Source: an uncultured Thermoplasmata archaeon
Lineage (GTDB): Archaea > Thermoplasmatota > Thermoplasmata > RBG-16-68-12
Length of the DNA stretch: 64,000 bases
Direction: 5' to 3'
Assembly (NCBI GenBank): GCA_963768855.1
Contig: CAVYJM010000011.1
Span: forward strand, 96,001 to 160,000
The notes beneath the pieces were generated by a model. It made no database searches. It was not told the origin of the DNA and worked only from the letters and a program-made list of their open reading frames with translations. Each line of letters begins with the position of its first letter. Position 1 is the first letter of the stretch. The position numbers and the translations under genes were made by a program. Below are positions 9,403 through 18,280 of this stretch, one piece after another.

Positions 9403-10217
9403 TGGAATCCGCGGGCAAGAAAGGCATTCGGATCGTCGTCTGCATCAAGCAGGTGCCGAAGGCCCAAGAGCTCCAGGTCGACCCGGTGACGAAGACGCTG
9501 AAGCGGGTCGGCGTGCCGAGCGAGATCAACCCGCCGGACCAGAACGCGCTCGAGATGGCCCTCGCCCTCCGGGAGAAGCACGGCGGCGAGATCGTCGTGA
9601 TCTCCATGGGCCCGACGTCGTTCGACGAGAGCCTCGAGCGGGCGATCGCGATGGGCGCGGACCGCGGGTTCCTCGTGACGGACCGCAACCTCGGCGGCTC
9701 GGACACGGTCCCGACCGCGTTGACGCTCGAGCGGGCCATCGAGAAGGTCGGCCAGGTGGACCTCGTGCTCTGCGGCGAGGAGACCACGGACGCGTCCACG
9801 GGCCACGTCGGTCCAGGGATCGCGGGCCACATGGACATCCCGCAGATCACGTACTGCTCGGCGGTGGATCTCGTGGGCGGCCGGGTGCGCGGCGTGCGGA
9901 TGATCGAGGACGGCGCGGAGACCTGGGAGGTCCCGATGCCCTGCGTCGTCACGGTGGACTTTGGCTGCAACAACCCCCGGCAGCCCACCCTGACCGGCAA
10001 GATCCGGGTGAAGCGGGGCGGCCTGATCACGCACTGGAGCGCGGCCGACCTCGGGCTGAAGCCCTCCCAGATCGGTCTGAAAGGCTCTCCCACGATCGTG
10101 GCCAAGGTGGACACCGTCCAGCTGCCGAGCCGACAGGGGAAGATCTTCGAGGAGGAGCCGGCGATCGCCGTCTCCCTTCTGCTTGAATCCCTCCGCAAGG
10201 ACAAGGTGATCCCGTGA
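9399..10217 (+). CDS. etfB: Electron transfer flavoprotein beta subunit (EtfB/FixA)
   Basis: IVVCIKQVP, NPPDQNALEMA, GGSDTVPTA, DASTGHVGP. Confidence 0.92.
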   Translation: MMESAGKKGIRIVVCIKQVPKAQELQVDPVTKTLKRVGVPSEINPPDQNALEMALALREKHGGEIVVISMGPTSFDESLERAIAMGADRGFLVTDRNLGGSDTVPTALTLERAIEKVGQVDLVLCGEETTDASTGHVGPGIAGHMDIPQITYCSAVDLVGGRVRGVRMIEDGAETWEVPMPCVVTVDFGCNNPRQPTLTGKIRVKRGGLITHWSAADLGLKPSQIGLKGSPTIVAKVDTVQLPSRQGKIFEEEPAIAVSLLLESLRKDKVIP

Positions 10218-11299
10218 GCCACGACCATCCCACTCCCCCGCCCATGGCGGCCCACAAGGGAATCTGGGTGTTCCTGGAGGCCCGCAACGGGTCGCTTCGC
10301 GATGTGAGTGTGCAGCTCATCGGCGAGGCGCGGCGGATCGCGGACAAGCGAGGGACCGAGCTCACGGGCATCCTGCCCGGATGGAAGGTCGAGTCGCTCG
10401 CTCGGATCGCGATCGAATGCGGCTGCGACCAGGTCTTCCTGGTTGAGGACCCGCGCCTCGAGTTCTACACCTCGCGTCCCTTCACGAAGGTCATGGCGGC
10501 CCTGCGGTGGAAGTACCATCCGGAGGTCATCCTCTTCGGCGCATCCAAGAACGGACGAGACCTCGGCGGCCGCCTCCATGCGGCCATTGACACGGGCCTC
10601 GCCGCGGACTGCGTGCGGTTCGACGTGACCGAGGAGGGATTCCTTGACATGATCCGTCCCGCCTTCGGCGGGAAGAGCCTCGCACACATCCACTGCGAGG
10701 AACACCGGCCCCAGATGGCCTCGGCCCGGTGGAACGTCTTCCCGATGCCGAAGCGCGACCCGACCCGCACCGGGGAGGTCGTGCGGGAGACCGTCGCCTT
10801 CGAGGACTCGGACTTCGACACGCGGATCGTGGACTTCCGGGCGACCGAGAGCCACGAGACCCGCAAGATCGACGACGCGAAGATCCTCGTCTCCGGGGGG
10901 TTCGGCCTCGGGGACCCGAAGAACTTCGCCCTCCTCGAGGAGTTCGCCTCCCTGCTCGGCGGCGCCGTGGCCTCCTCGCGGAAGCCCGTCGACCTGGGCT
11001 GGGTCCCGAAGGCGCTCCAGGTCGGCCAGACCGGGAAGACCGTCCGCCCCGACCTCTACATCGCGGTCGGGATCAGCGGCGCCGTCCAGCACCTCGCGGG
11101 CATGCAGGAGGCCGCCAAGATCGTCGCGATCAACAACGACCCGAAGGCGGCCATCTTCGAGATCGCGGACTACGGGATCGTCGGGGACCTCTTCCAGGTC
11201 CTCCCCGAGGCAATCCGGCAGCTCAAGGCCTTCAAGGCGCAGGCAGGGGCGGCGCTCCCTCGGGAAGCAGCTCCGGAAGGCCGGCCCTCCGGAGCGTGA
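10214..11299 (+). CDS. etfA: Electron transfer flavoprotein alpha subunit (EtfA/FixB)
   Basis: TGLAADC, RPAFGG, QVGQTGKTVRPDLYIAVGISGAVQHLAGM. Confidence 0.93.
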   Translation: MSHDHPTPPPMAAHKGIWVFLEARNGSLRDVSVQLIGEARRIADKRGTELTGILPGWKVESLARIAIECGCDQVFLVEDPRLEFYTSRPFTKVMAALRWKYHPEVILFGASKNGRDLGGRLHAAIDTGLAADCVRFDVTEEGFLDMIRPAFGGKSLAHIHCEEHRPQMASARWNVFPMPKRDPTRTGEVVRETVAFEDSDFDTRIVDFRATESHETRKIDDAKILVSGGFGLGDPKNFALLEEFASLLGGAVASSRKPVDLGWVPKALQVGQTGKTVRPDLYIAVGISGAVQHLAGMQEAAKIVAINNDPKAAIFEIADYGIVGDLFQVLPEAIRQLKAFKAQAGAALPREAAPEGRPSGA

Positions 11300-11948
11300 C
11301 GCCGAAGACGCTCTGGAAGTGCACGATCACGGACGCTTGGACGTCCTCCATGGCGAGGGACCGCCCGAGCTCCTTCGCCATCGACGTCATGATGGTCCCC
11401 GTGTGTCCGCACGGCCGAATCCTGAGGAAGTCGGAGAGGTCCGTGGTCACGTTGTGCGCGAACCCGTGGAACGTGACGTTCTTCTGGACTGCCAGCCCGA
11501 TTGAGGCGATTTTCCTTGACTTCACCCAGACGCCCCGCTCGGGGCCCTCGTGGACCGCCTCGATCCCGAAGTCCGCACACGTTCGGATCAGCACGTCCTC
11601 GAGGTCCGTGACGAGCCGCTTCACCTCGAGGCGGTCGGGGAGCTTCAGGATCGGATAGCCGACGAGCTGGCCGGGGCCGTGGAACGTCGCCTCGCCTCCG
11701 CGCTCGACGCGGAAGACCGGGAGGCTCTTGTCGAGCACGTCCTCGTCCGTTCCGCGCCGGCCAAGGGTGACGACGGGCTCGTGCTCCACGAGGATGAGGC
11801 CATCCGGGATGCGGTCCGCCGCGCGACGCGCCGCGAGCGCCTTCTGGATCGCCCACGTGGCCCCGTACTCCATCCGCCCGAGGTCCAAGAGCCACGCGTC
11901 GCGGAACACGACGCGTTCCGGGGCCGCGGTTTCCGTCGTCTCGAGCAT
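11232..11948 (-). CDS. lipB: Lipoyl(octanoyl) transferase
   Basis: EHEPVVTLGR, RGGEATFHGPGQLVGYP, KIASIG, catalytic PCG. Confidence 0.92.
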   Translation of the reverse strand: MLETTETAAPERVVFRDAWLLDLGRMEYGATWAIQKALAARRAADRIPDGLILVEHEPVVTLGRRGTDEDVLDKSLPVFRVERGGEATFHGPGQLVGYPILKLPDRLEVKRLVTDLEDVLIRTCADFGIEAVHEGPERGVWVKSRKIASIGLAVQKNVTFHGFAHNVTTDLSDFLRIRPCGHTGTIMTSMAKELGRSLAMEDVQASVIVHFQSVFGVTLRRAGLPELLPEGAPPLPAP

Positions 11949-11964
11949 CGCCCTGCGGTCCCCG

Positions 11965-13368
11965 TCAGCGGTTGAGGACGTTGATCGCCTGGCCCAGGGC
12001 GGCGGCCGCTGTCTCCATGATGGTCTCCGGCAGCGTGGGGTGCGGATGGACCGTGAGGGCCAGGTCCTCGATCGTCGCGCCCATTTCGATCGCCAGGGCG
12101 AGCTCGCTGATCAGGTTGCTCGCGTCGGGTCCGACGATCGCGGCCCCGAGGAGGACCTTTGACTCCGGGTCCGAGACGAGCTTCACGAAGCCGTCGCTCT
12201 CGCCCTCCGTCAGGGCGCGCCCGATCGCGCCGAAGGGCACCTTGGCGACCTTCACCACGCGACCCTCCGCCGCGGCCTGGGGCTCCAGGAGGCCGACCGT
12301 CGCGATCTCCGGATCCGTGAAGACGGCCGAAGGCATCGCGCGGTAGTCGACCTCGACGGGCTCGCCGCTCACGACCTCCGCTGCGGTGAGGCCCTCCATG
12401 GTGGCCTTGTGCGCGAGGAAGGGCTGGCCCACGACGTCGCCGATCGCGAAGACGTGTTTGTTCGACGTGCGCAGCTGCTTGTCGACGAGGACGTAGCCTT
12501 TCGGGTTCATCTTGACGCCGGCCTTGTCCGCCGCGAGGCCGTCGGTGTTCGGGTGGCGGCCGACGGTCACGAGGATCGCGTCGGCGCGGACGGTGAGCGG
12601 CCCGTCGGGCGTCTCGGCCTCGATGACGGCCTGCCCCGCCTCCTCGCGCCAAGCCTTCGCCTGGGACTTCGTGTGATACTCGACGCCCATTTTGCGCAGG
12701 TGCCGCTCGACCACCCGGACGACCTCAGGGTCCATCCCGGGGAGGAGCTGCTCCAACAGCTCGATGACCACGACCTTCGTCCCGAGCTTTGCGTAGAACG
12801 TTCCGATTTCGAGACCGGAGATGCCGCCGCCGATGACCAGGAGCGCGTTGGGCACGGCGGGCAGTTCGAGCGCCTCCTTCGTGCTGATGACCCGCTTCCC
12901 GTCGAACTTGAACGCAGGGAGGTCCGTCGGGCGGCCTCCCGTCGCGATGATCGCGTCCCCGAACTCGACGTCCTCCGTGCGGCCCTCCGGGGAGCGCGTC
13001 CGGACCGTCTTCGCGTCGACGAAGGAGGCTTCCGCGAAGGCGACCTCGACTCCGTTCCCCTTGCACAGCTGGGCGACCCCGCCGACGAGTTTGTCGACCA
13101 CGGATTGCTTCCAAGCCTGCAGGCGCGCGATGTCGACCTTCACGGGTCCGACATCGATGCCCCAGGCCGGGGCGCGCTCGATCATCTTCACAACGTTCGA
13201 CGCGTGGATGAGGGCCTTGCTCGGGATGCACCCGTAGTTCAGGCACTCCCCGCCGAGCCTGTGTCGCTCCACGAGCAGGACCTTCTTCCCCAGCTGCGCC
13301 GCCCGGATGGCGGCCGGATAGCCTCCGGGCCCGCCCCCGATGACCACGAGGTCGACCTTCCGCGCCAC
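11965..13368 (-). CDS. lpdA: Dihydrolipoamide dehydrogenase (E3)
   Basis: GGGPGGY, GGECLNYGCIPSK disulfide motif, HPHPTLPE; start is GTG 13368 or TTG 13386. Confidence 0.95.
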   Translation of the reverse strand: MARKVDLVVIGGGPGGYPAAIRAAQLGKKVLLVERHRLGGECLNYGCIPSKALIHASNVVKMIERAPAWGIDVGPVKVDIARLQAWKQSVVDKLVGGVAQLCKGNGVEVAFAEASFVDAKTVRTRSPEGRTEDVEFGDAIIATGGRPTDLPAFKFDGKRVISTKEALELPAVPNALLVIGGGISGLEIGTFYAKLGTKVVVIELLEQLLPGMDPEVVRVVERHLRKMGVEYHTKSQAKAWREEAGQAVIEAETPDGPLTVRADAILVTVGRHPNTDGLAADKAGVKMNPKGYVLVDKQLRTSNKHVFAIGDVVGQPFLAHKATMEGLTAAEVVSGEPVEVDYRAMPSAVFTDPEIATVGLLEPQAAAEGRVVKVAKVPFGAIGRALTEGESDGFVKLVSDPESKVLLGAAIVGPDASNLISELALAIEMGATIEDLALTVHPHPTLPETIMETAAAALGQAINVLNR

Positions 13369-13446
13369 GTGCGGTCGAAGGTCCAACCTTCCCTTATGCC
13401 TTTGGGCGCGGCGGGGTCCGCTCCCGGACGGGATCCCGGACTCGGC

Positions 13447-14886
13447 CTACGGGGGCGGAGGCGGGGGAGTCTGCGCCTGTCCGGCGGCCGGGGACGCCCT
13501 CGCGGGGCGTCGGCGACGGCGCATGACGAGCAACGCGACGATCGCAACGACCGCCACGACCAGGATCAGGAGGCCCCAGTAGGGCGCCTGCAGGAAGAAG
13601 TCCGCGATCGCGTTCCCCTGCGCGGGCGGGACGACGCTGTAGTCCGTCTTCGTCTTCTGGATGTTCCCCCTTGCCGTCGACGACGGCACGTTCGGCATCT
13701 CGAAGATGGGGATCTGGGACGGTCCCGGGCAGAGGAGCGCGGAGAAGCCTACGATCATGCCCTCGTTCGGCGCGGGGTACGTCGGGCTGTACAGCGCGGC
13801 GATCGTCGCTCCACACACGCCCGGCGCCATGGCCGGGTAGATCTCGAACACTTCATGGAACTGGTTGTCCGAGAGGAACTGGGACACCTGGCTCGCCTGC
13901 AGCTCGAGGTTGACCGGGAGCGGATTCGTTTCGTGGATCTGACCGTGGTTGAACACGTTGACGCCGCCGTACACGATGGCGACCTGGGAGAGGTCGATCG
14001 GGAAGTGGTCCAGGCCGGTCACGGAGAGCAGCGGGATTCCGCCCAGGACCTGGCTCACGTTCTCGAAGAACGCCTGCTCGTCCTGGGCGCTCAGCCCGGT
14101 CACGTCGATCGTCCCCGTCTCGGTCCCCGCGAACGTCGCGGTCGAGTTGGCCCACCACGTCTCATTGTCCGTGATCGGGAAGTTGAAGACGTCCAGGGCC
14201 GGGGAGAAGAGCGTCGAGAGCCCGTTCTGTGTGTCCACGGTGAGACCGAGGTCCCGGCTCGGGTAGGTCACGGTCACGGCGCACGTCGTATTGTCGAAGC
14301 CGAAGGACGGGACGTTGACGAGGCTCGCGCTCGCCCTCAGCTGGGTCGTCGAGTTCGTCGTGTCGTTCTGGATTGCAAGGGTCGAGATCGCGTAGGACGT
14401 CCGCCCGTCCGAGGTCGTCAGGCCGGTCAGGTCGAGGGTCACGTTCGAGGCGTCGGTCTTCGTGGGGAACACGGGCAGGGTGCAGTTCTCCCCGATCCGG
14501 ATTCCCGCGTACGTTCCGGCCTGCGGGAGATTGTTGAACGTCGCGTTCAAGACGAGATGGAGCTTGATCCCGGAGGCGGACACCGTATGGAGGATGTACG
14601 CGCTGTCCGTCTTCATCGTGACCTGCTGGTCGACCCACGAGTCGAGGGATCCGGTCGCATTGACGTAGTTGAGATGGGTGATATTGACGAGGCTCAGGTA
14701 GCTTGAGCTCCCCGTGAGGAGCGTGGTCAGCTCTTGGCCGAGGGGGACGGTGAGGCCGTACCCGACCTCCTGCCCGACCTGCCACGTAGGGACCGTCGCG
14801 GGTTGCGCGGCTGCGGGAACCGCGAAGGCGGTCAAGGCGAGGAGGAGGGCGAGTGCCGCAGGGAGCCAGGCGCGTGCAGGGATCAT
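13447..14886 (-). CDS. Secreted, C-terminally anchored surface glycoprotein of unknown family
   Basis: N-terminal signal peptide (..AAAQP), Thr/Asn-rich body with about 11 N-x-S/T sequons, C-terminal TM helix followed by RRRRR and a Pro tail. Confidence 0.75.
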   Translation of the reverse strand: MIPARAWLPAALALLLALTAFAVPAAAQPATVPTWQVGQEVGYGLTVPLGQELTTLLTGSSSYLSLVNITHLNYVNATGSLDSWVDQQVTMKTDSAYILHTVSASGIKLHLVLNATFNNLPQAGTYAGIRIGENCTLPVFPTKTDASNVTLDLTGLTTSDGRTSYAISTLAIQNDTTNSTTQLRASASLVNVPSFGFDNTTCAVTVTYPSRDLGLTVDTQNGLSTLFSPALDVFNFPITDNETWWANSTATFAGTETGTIDVTGLSAQDEQAFFENVSQVLGGIPLLSVTGLDHFPIDLSQVAIVYGGVNVFNHGQIHETNPLPVNLELQASQVSQFLSDNQFHEVFEIYPAMAPGVCGATIAALYSPTYPAPNEGMIVGFSALLCPGPSQIPIFEMPNVPSSTARGNIQKTKTDYSVVPPAQGNAIADFFLQAPYWGLLILVVAVVAIVALLVMRRRRRPARASPAAGQAQTPPPPPP

Positions 14887-15000
14887 GGGATCTCTCCGTG
14901 TCACGGTGCCAACTCAGCCCGCTTTCTTATAAGTTCCTGAGTGTGCAATTATCACCGCACTGTGTGGATTCCGGCACCCAGGCCCCCTTCCGCGCACTCG

Positions 15001-15021
15001 CGGACCCGCGACGCGGGTCCG
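15001..15021. terminator. Perfect 10-bp inverted repeat downstream of E2 gene
   Basis: CGGACCCGCG-A-CGCGGGTCCG, 14 nt past the E2 stop; terminator or stabilising role is inferred. Confidence 0.35.
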
Positions 15022-15035
15022 GGCTTTGAGCTTGG

Positions 15036-16262
15036 TCACACTTCCACGAACAGCATCGCGGGATGCTCGAGATAGCCCTTCACGGACTGGACGAAGGCCG
15101 CGCCGACATGGCCGTCGATGACGCGGTGGTCGAAGGAGCACGACACGTACATCATCTCGCGGGCCACGATGTGGTCATCCCGGACGACGGGGCGCTTCTC
15201 GATCTTGTGGACGCCGAGGATGGCGACCTCGGGCCAGTTGATGATCGGGGTCGCGAGGATGCCGCCCTCCTTGCCGAGGGACGTGATCGTGAACGTGGAC
15301 CCCTGGACCTCCTGGAGGGTGAGCTTCTTCTCCCGGGCCGCGGTCGCGAGGTGCTCAATCTCCTTCGCGAGGGCCCAGAGGTCCATCCGGTCCGCGTCAT
15401 GGAGCACGGTGACCGTGAGCCCCTCGTCTGTGGCGGTCGCGATGCCCAGGTTGTAGTACCGCTTGACCACGATCTCCTGGCGCTCGTCGTCCACGGAGGC
15501 GTTGAGGGTCGGATGCTCGCGGAGCGCCGCGACGCACGCCTTGACGATGAACGGCAGGAAGGTGAGCTTGACGCCCTTCTTCACGCCCACCTCGTTCAGC
15601 CGTTCCCGGAGCTGCACGAGGTGGCTCATGTCGACCTCCTCGACGTACGTGAAGTGCGCCGCGGTCGTGTTCGACTTCGCCATCTTGTCGTAGATGCGCT
15701 TCCGCAGGCCGTGGATCGGGATGCGCTCCTCGGCGCCGGCACTCGGGACGGGGACCGCGGGTTTCGGTGCTAGGCTCGGAGTCGCGGCGGGCATCGGGCC
15801 GCGGGCCGCGCCGCGCACGTCCGCTTCCGTGATTCGCCCGGCGGGGCCCGTGCCCCGGATCGAGGACAGGTCGATGCCGAGCTCGCGAGCGAGGCGACGG
15901 ACCGCGGGCGCCGCGAGCGCCTCGCCCCCGCGGGCCGGCGAGGCGGCCGGGGTCGAGGAGGGGGGCGGAGGAGGAACGGATGGGGCCGGGGCGGCTGGCG
16001 CTGCCGGGAGCCGCGCGGACTCGCCCGCGTCCCCGAAGACGACGATCGTGCTTCCGACCTTCACGATCTCACCTTCCTTCCCGCGGCGTTCGAGGATCTT
16101 TCCCGTGACCGGGGAGGGGATCTGGACCGTCACCTTGTCCGTCATGACCTCGACGAGGGGCTCGTTCTCCTTGACGCCGTCCCCCTCCTTGACGAACCAC
16201 TTCGTGATCTCGCCCTCGTGGACGCCTTCGCCAATGTCGGGGAGCTTGAATTCGCGGGTCAT
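15036..16262 (-). CDS. pdhC: Dihydrolipoamide acyltransferase (E2)
   Basis: Lipoyl domain (LPDIGEG, EVMTDK), PSBD (APAVRRLARELGIDL), catalytic FDHRVIDG. Confidence 0.95.
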   Translation of the reverse strand: MTREFKLPDIGEGVHEGEITKWFVKEGDGVKENEPLVEVMTDKVTVQIPSPVTGKILERRGKEGEIVKVGSTIVVFGDAGESARLPAAPAAPAPSVPPPPPSSTPAASPARGGEALAAPAVRRLARELGIDLSSIRGTGPAGRITEADVRGAARGPMPAATPSLAPKPAVPVPSAGAEERIPIHGLRKRIYDKMAKSNTTAAHFTYVEEVDMSHLVQLRERLNEVGVKKGVKLTFLPFIVKACVAALREHPTLNASVDDERQEIVVKRYYNLGIATATDEGLTVTVLHDADRMDLWALAKEIEHLATAAREKKLTLQEVQGSTFTITSLGKEGGILATPIINWPEVAILGVHKIEKRPVVRDDHIVAREMMYVSCSFDHRVIDGHVGAAFVQSVKGYLEHPAMLFVEV

Positions 16263-16428
16263 CGCGGTCGCCGTCCCTGTGCGGTGGGCGTCGAAGCTCC
16301 CCGTGTGTAATAATCCTTCGCTCACGAGCGCAGCAGGAGTCGCCCGCGACGATGCATTAAAGCGGGAACCCAGTCCTCTTCTTCGGGACATGACGCGGCC
16401 GTCTCGCCACCTCGTTTGCCGGGGGAAG

Positions 16429-16929
16429 ATGGAGGCTCCGTTCCGGTACGTCCGGTACGTCGGCGTACCGTCCCTCGTGTTCGGGGTCGGGGTTGTCGGG
16501 TATGTGCTGTACCGTTCGACGGGATCTCTCCGCGCGGATCTTCTCGATCCAGTCTCCATCCTCGCCATCGCTGTGGCCCTGTCGAGCCTCGCCCTCGGCA
16601 TCCTCTTACTCCTTTTGCTCCTCCGAGTTGGGCCCAACGCCGTGTACGAGGAGGGCATCGACATGGGGAACGTGCCGCGCTATTGGGAAGTCCTCGCAGG
16701 TCGCACCTTTCACTCTTGGGATGAGTTCTCTCGATATCGTATCGAACTCATCGGCCCGCCGGCGCACCGGCTGAAGCGGATCACCCTCTACTGGCGGAAA
16801 GGTCGTGGCCGCATCGTCTTCACCAACGCCTACCTGAGCGCCGAGTTTGTGGACGCTCTCGGACAATTCCTCGCGACCTCCAAGGTGCTCCCGCTCGAGC
16901 AGGAAGCGGCCGAGACGCCGGCGGCGTAG
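16429..16929 (+). CDS. Hypothetical 2-TM membrane protein with C-terminal soluble domain
   Basis: Two hydrophobic helices then a beta-rich tail; fills the gap divergent from E2. Confidence 0.6.
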   Translation: MEAPFRYVRYVGVPSLVFGVGVVGYVLYRSTGSLRADLLDPVSILAIAVALSSLALGILLLLLLLRVGPNAVYEEGIDMGNVPRYWEVLAGRTFHSWDEFSRYRIELIGPPAHRLKRITLYWRKGRGRIVFTNAYLSAEFVDALGQFLATSKVLPLEQEAAETPAA

Positions 16930-17181
16930 GGAACGGTTTTATGACTCCGGCCCGATACCCGGTCGGGGAGGAGCTGGGTCGTGGAGGAGTGGCACAGACC
17001 GGTGGGCGTGATTTGTGCCGGCCGGCTCGGCGCCATCGACCTCCGGGAACTCGCTCGCCTCGGACCTCGGGTCCGGACGGCGGAGGACTCCCGTTGAGGG
17101 GCAAGGGCCGTCCGAGGAATCCCGACCTGCTCCTCCTTTCCCAAGGGGGACCACGAACGAGAGGGGGGCCGTGATCGAGGC

Positions 17182-17577
17182 ATGCTTTCTCCCCGCCGCG
17201 TGGCCCTCGTGGTGCTCGCCCTCCTGACCGCTGGCTCCCTCCTGGCCGCGGGACTGCTCGGGGTCTTCGCGGATCGATTGGGCCTCGTGGCCCATTCGGG
17301 ACTCTCCGCAGGAGCCCTCTCGTCCGGCGGCGTGGTGTTCCTCGTCCTCGGGATCCTGCTCCTTCTCACGAGTCCCTTCCTCCTGCGACGGCGCCCCACG
17401 GCCTGGCGGGTCGCCATCTTCGTGTCTCTGCTCGCCGTGCTCTGGTCCTTCTATTCGATTGCCCGGACGATCGAGGTGTTACACCTCGAATGGGAGATCG
17501 CCGCGGTCATGGCGGCGGTCCTTGCCGGATACCTCCCGTCCGTCCGTCGGTTCTTCCGGCCGATCGACGTGGGTTGA
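17182..17577 (+). CDS. Hypothetical 4-TM membrane protein
   Basis: Four hydrophobic segments in 131 aa. Confidence 0.6.
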   Translation: MLSPRRVALVVLALLTAGSLLAAGLLGVFADRLGLVAHSGLSAGALSSGGVVFLVLGILLLLTSPFLLRRRPTAWRVAIFVSLLAVLWSFYSIARTIEVLHLEWEIAAVMAAVLAGYLPSVRRFFRPIDVG

Positions 17578-17673
17578 ATCGGGCGTCCCTCGGGTGCGCT
17601 GGGCCAGACGATTCGCGAATCCGAGAATCAGAGGGGAAGGGTTATCCACCGCCCGCGGGAGTTCGCCCTCTCC

Positions 17674-18267
17674 ATGCCGCATCCTCCTCCGCGCCTCCAT
17701 CTCGAGGGCCGGCCCGGCGAACTGCTGGAGTCGGGGATGAGGATGTGTCTCATCGACGTCGAGACCTCGTTTCACGGCCTGCGGAAGTCCGTCGAGGGCG
17801 TGGTCGGGGACGCTGCGGCGATCCTCTTCTACGAATCGGGGCTTCGAGGCGGCACCCACTACGCGGACGCCATCCTCCGGAACGGCGTCATGACCCCGGA
17901 CGAGCCCGGCTACCGGCGTGCCATCGAAGAGTACTCCGTCGGCGGCTTCGGTGCCTTCGAGATCCGCGAGCTGGACTTCGCGCGCGGCAAAGCGGTGATC
18001 GTTTGCCGGGAGCCCATGGCCTTCGAGGCCCATGCGGCGCTCGCAAACGGCGAGCGTCGCCCGCAGCCCGTGTGCGACTTCTCCCGCGGCGTCCTCGCGG
18101 GGCTTCTCTCCGGATTCACGCACCGGACGGACCTGGGATGTTTCGAGGAAACGTGCCGTGCCGTCGGGAGCGATGAGTGTCTCTTCCGGATCGGCGGGGA
18201 CGAGGCGATGCGCCGGGCCGCCGTGGCTCGCAGCCTCTCCCGGCCGCCCGCCAAACCCCGCGCGTGA
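17674..18267 (+). CDS. V4R (4-vinyl reductase)/XylR-N-like ligand-binding domain protein
   Basis: GFGAFEI, PVCDFSRGVLAG, EETCRAVGSDECLF Cys pattern. Confidence 0.8.
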   Translation: MPHPPPRLHLEGRPGELLESGMRMCLIDVETSFHGLRKSVEGVVGDAAAILFYESGLRGGTHYADAILRNGVMTPDEPGYRRAIEEYSVGGFGAFEIRELDFARGKAVIVCREPMAFEAHAALANGERRPQPVCDFSRGVLAGLLSGFTHRTDLGCFEETCRAVGSDECLFRIGGDEAMRRAAVARSLSRPPAKPRA

Positions 18268-18280
18268 TTCGCGGCGGCGG

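Noticed and set aside
14949-14959. TATCACCGC resembling a lambda operator half-site
   Set aside because: Short chance match with no phage genes or partner half-site.
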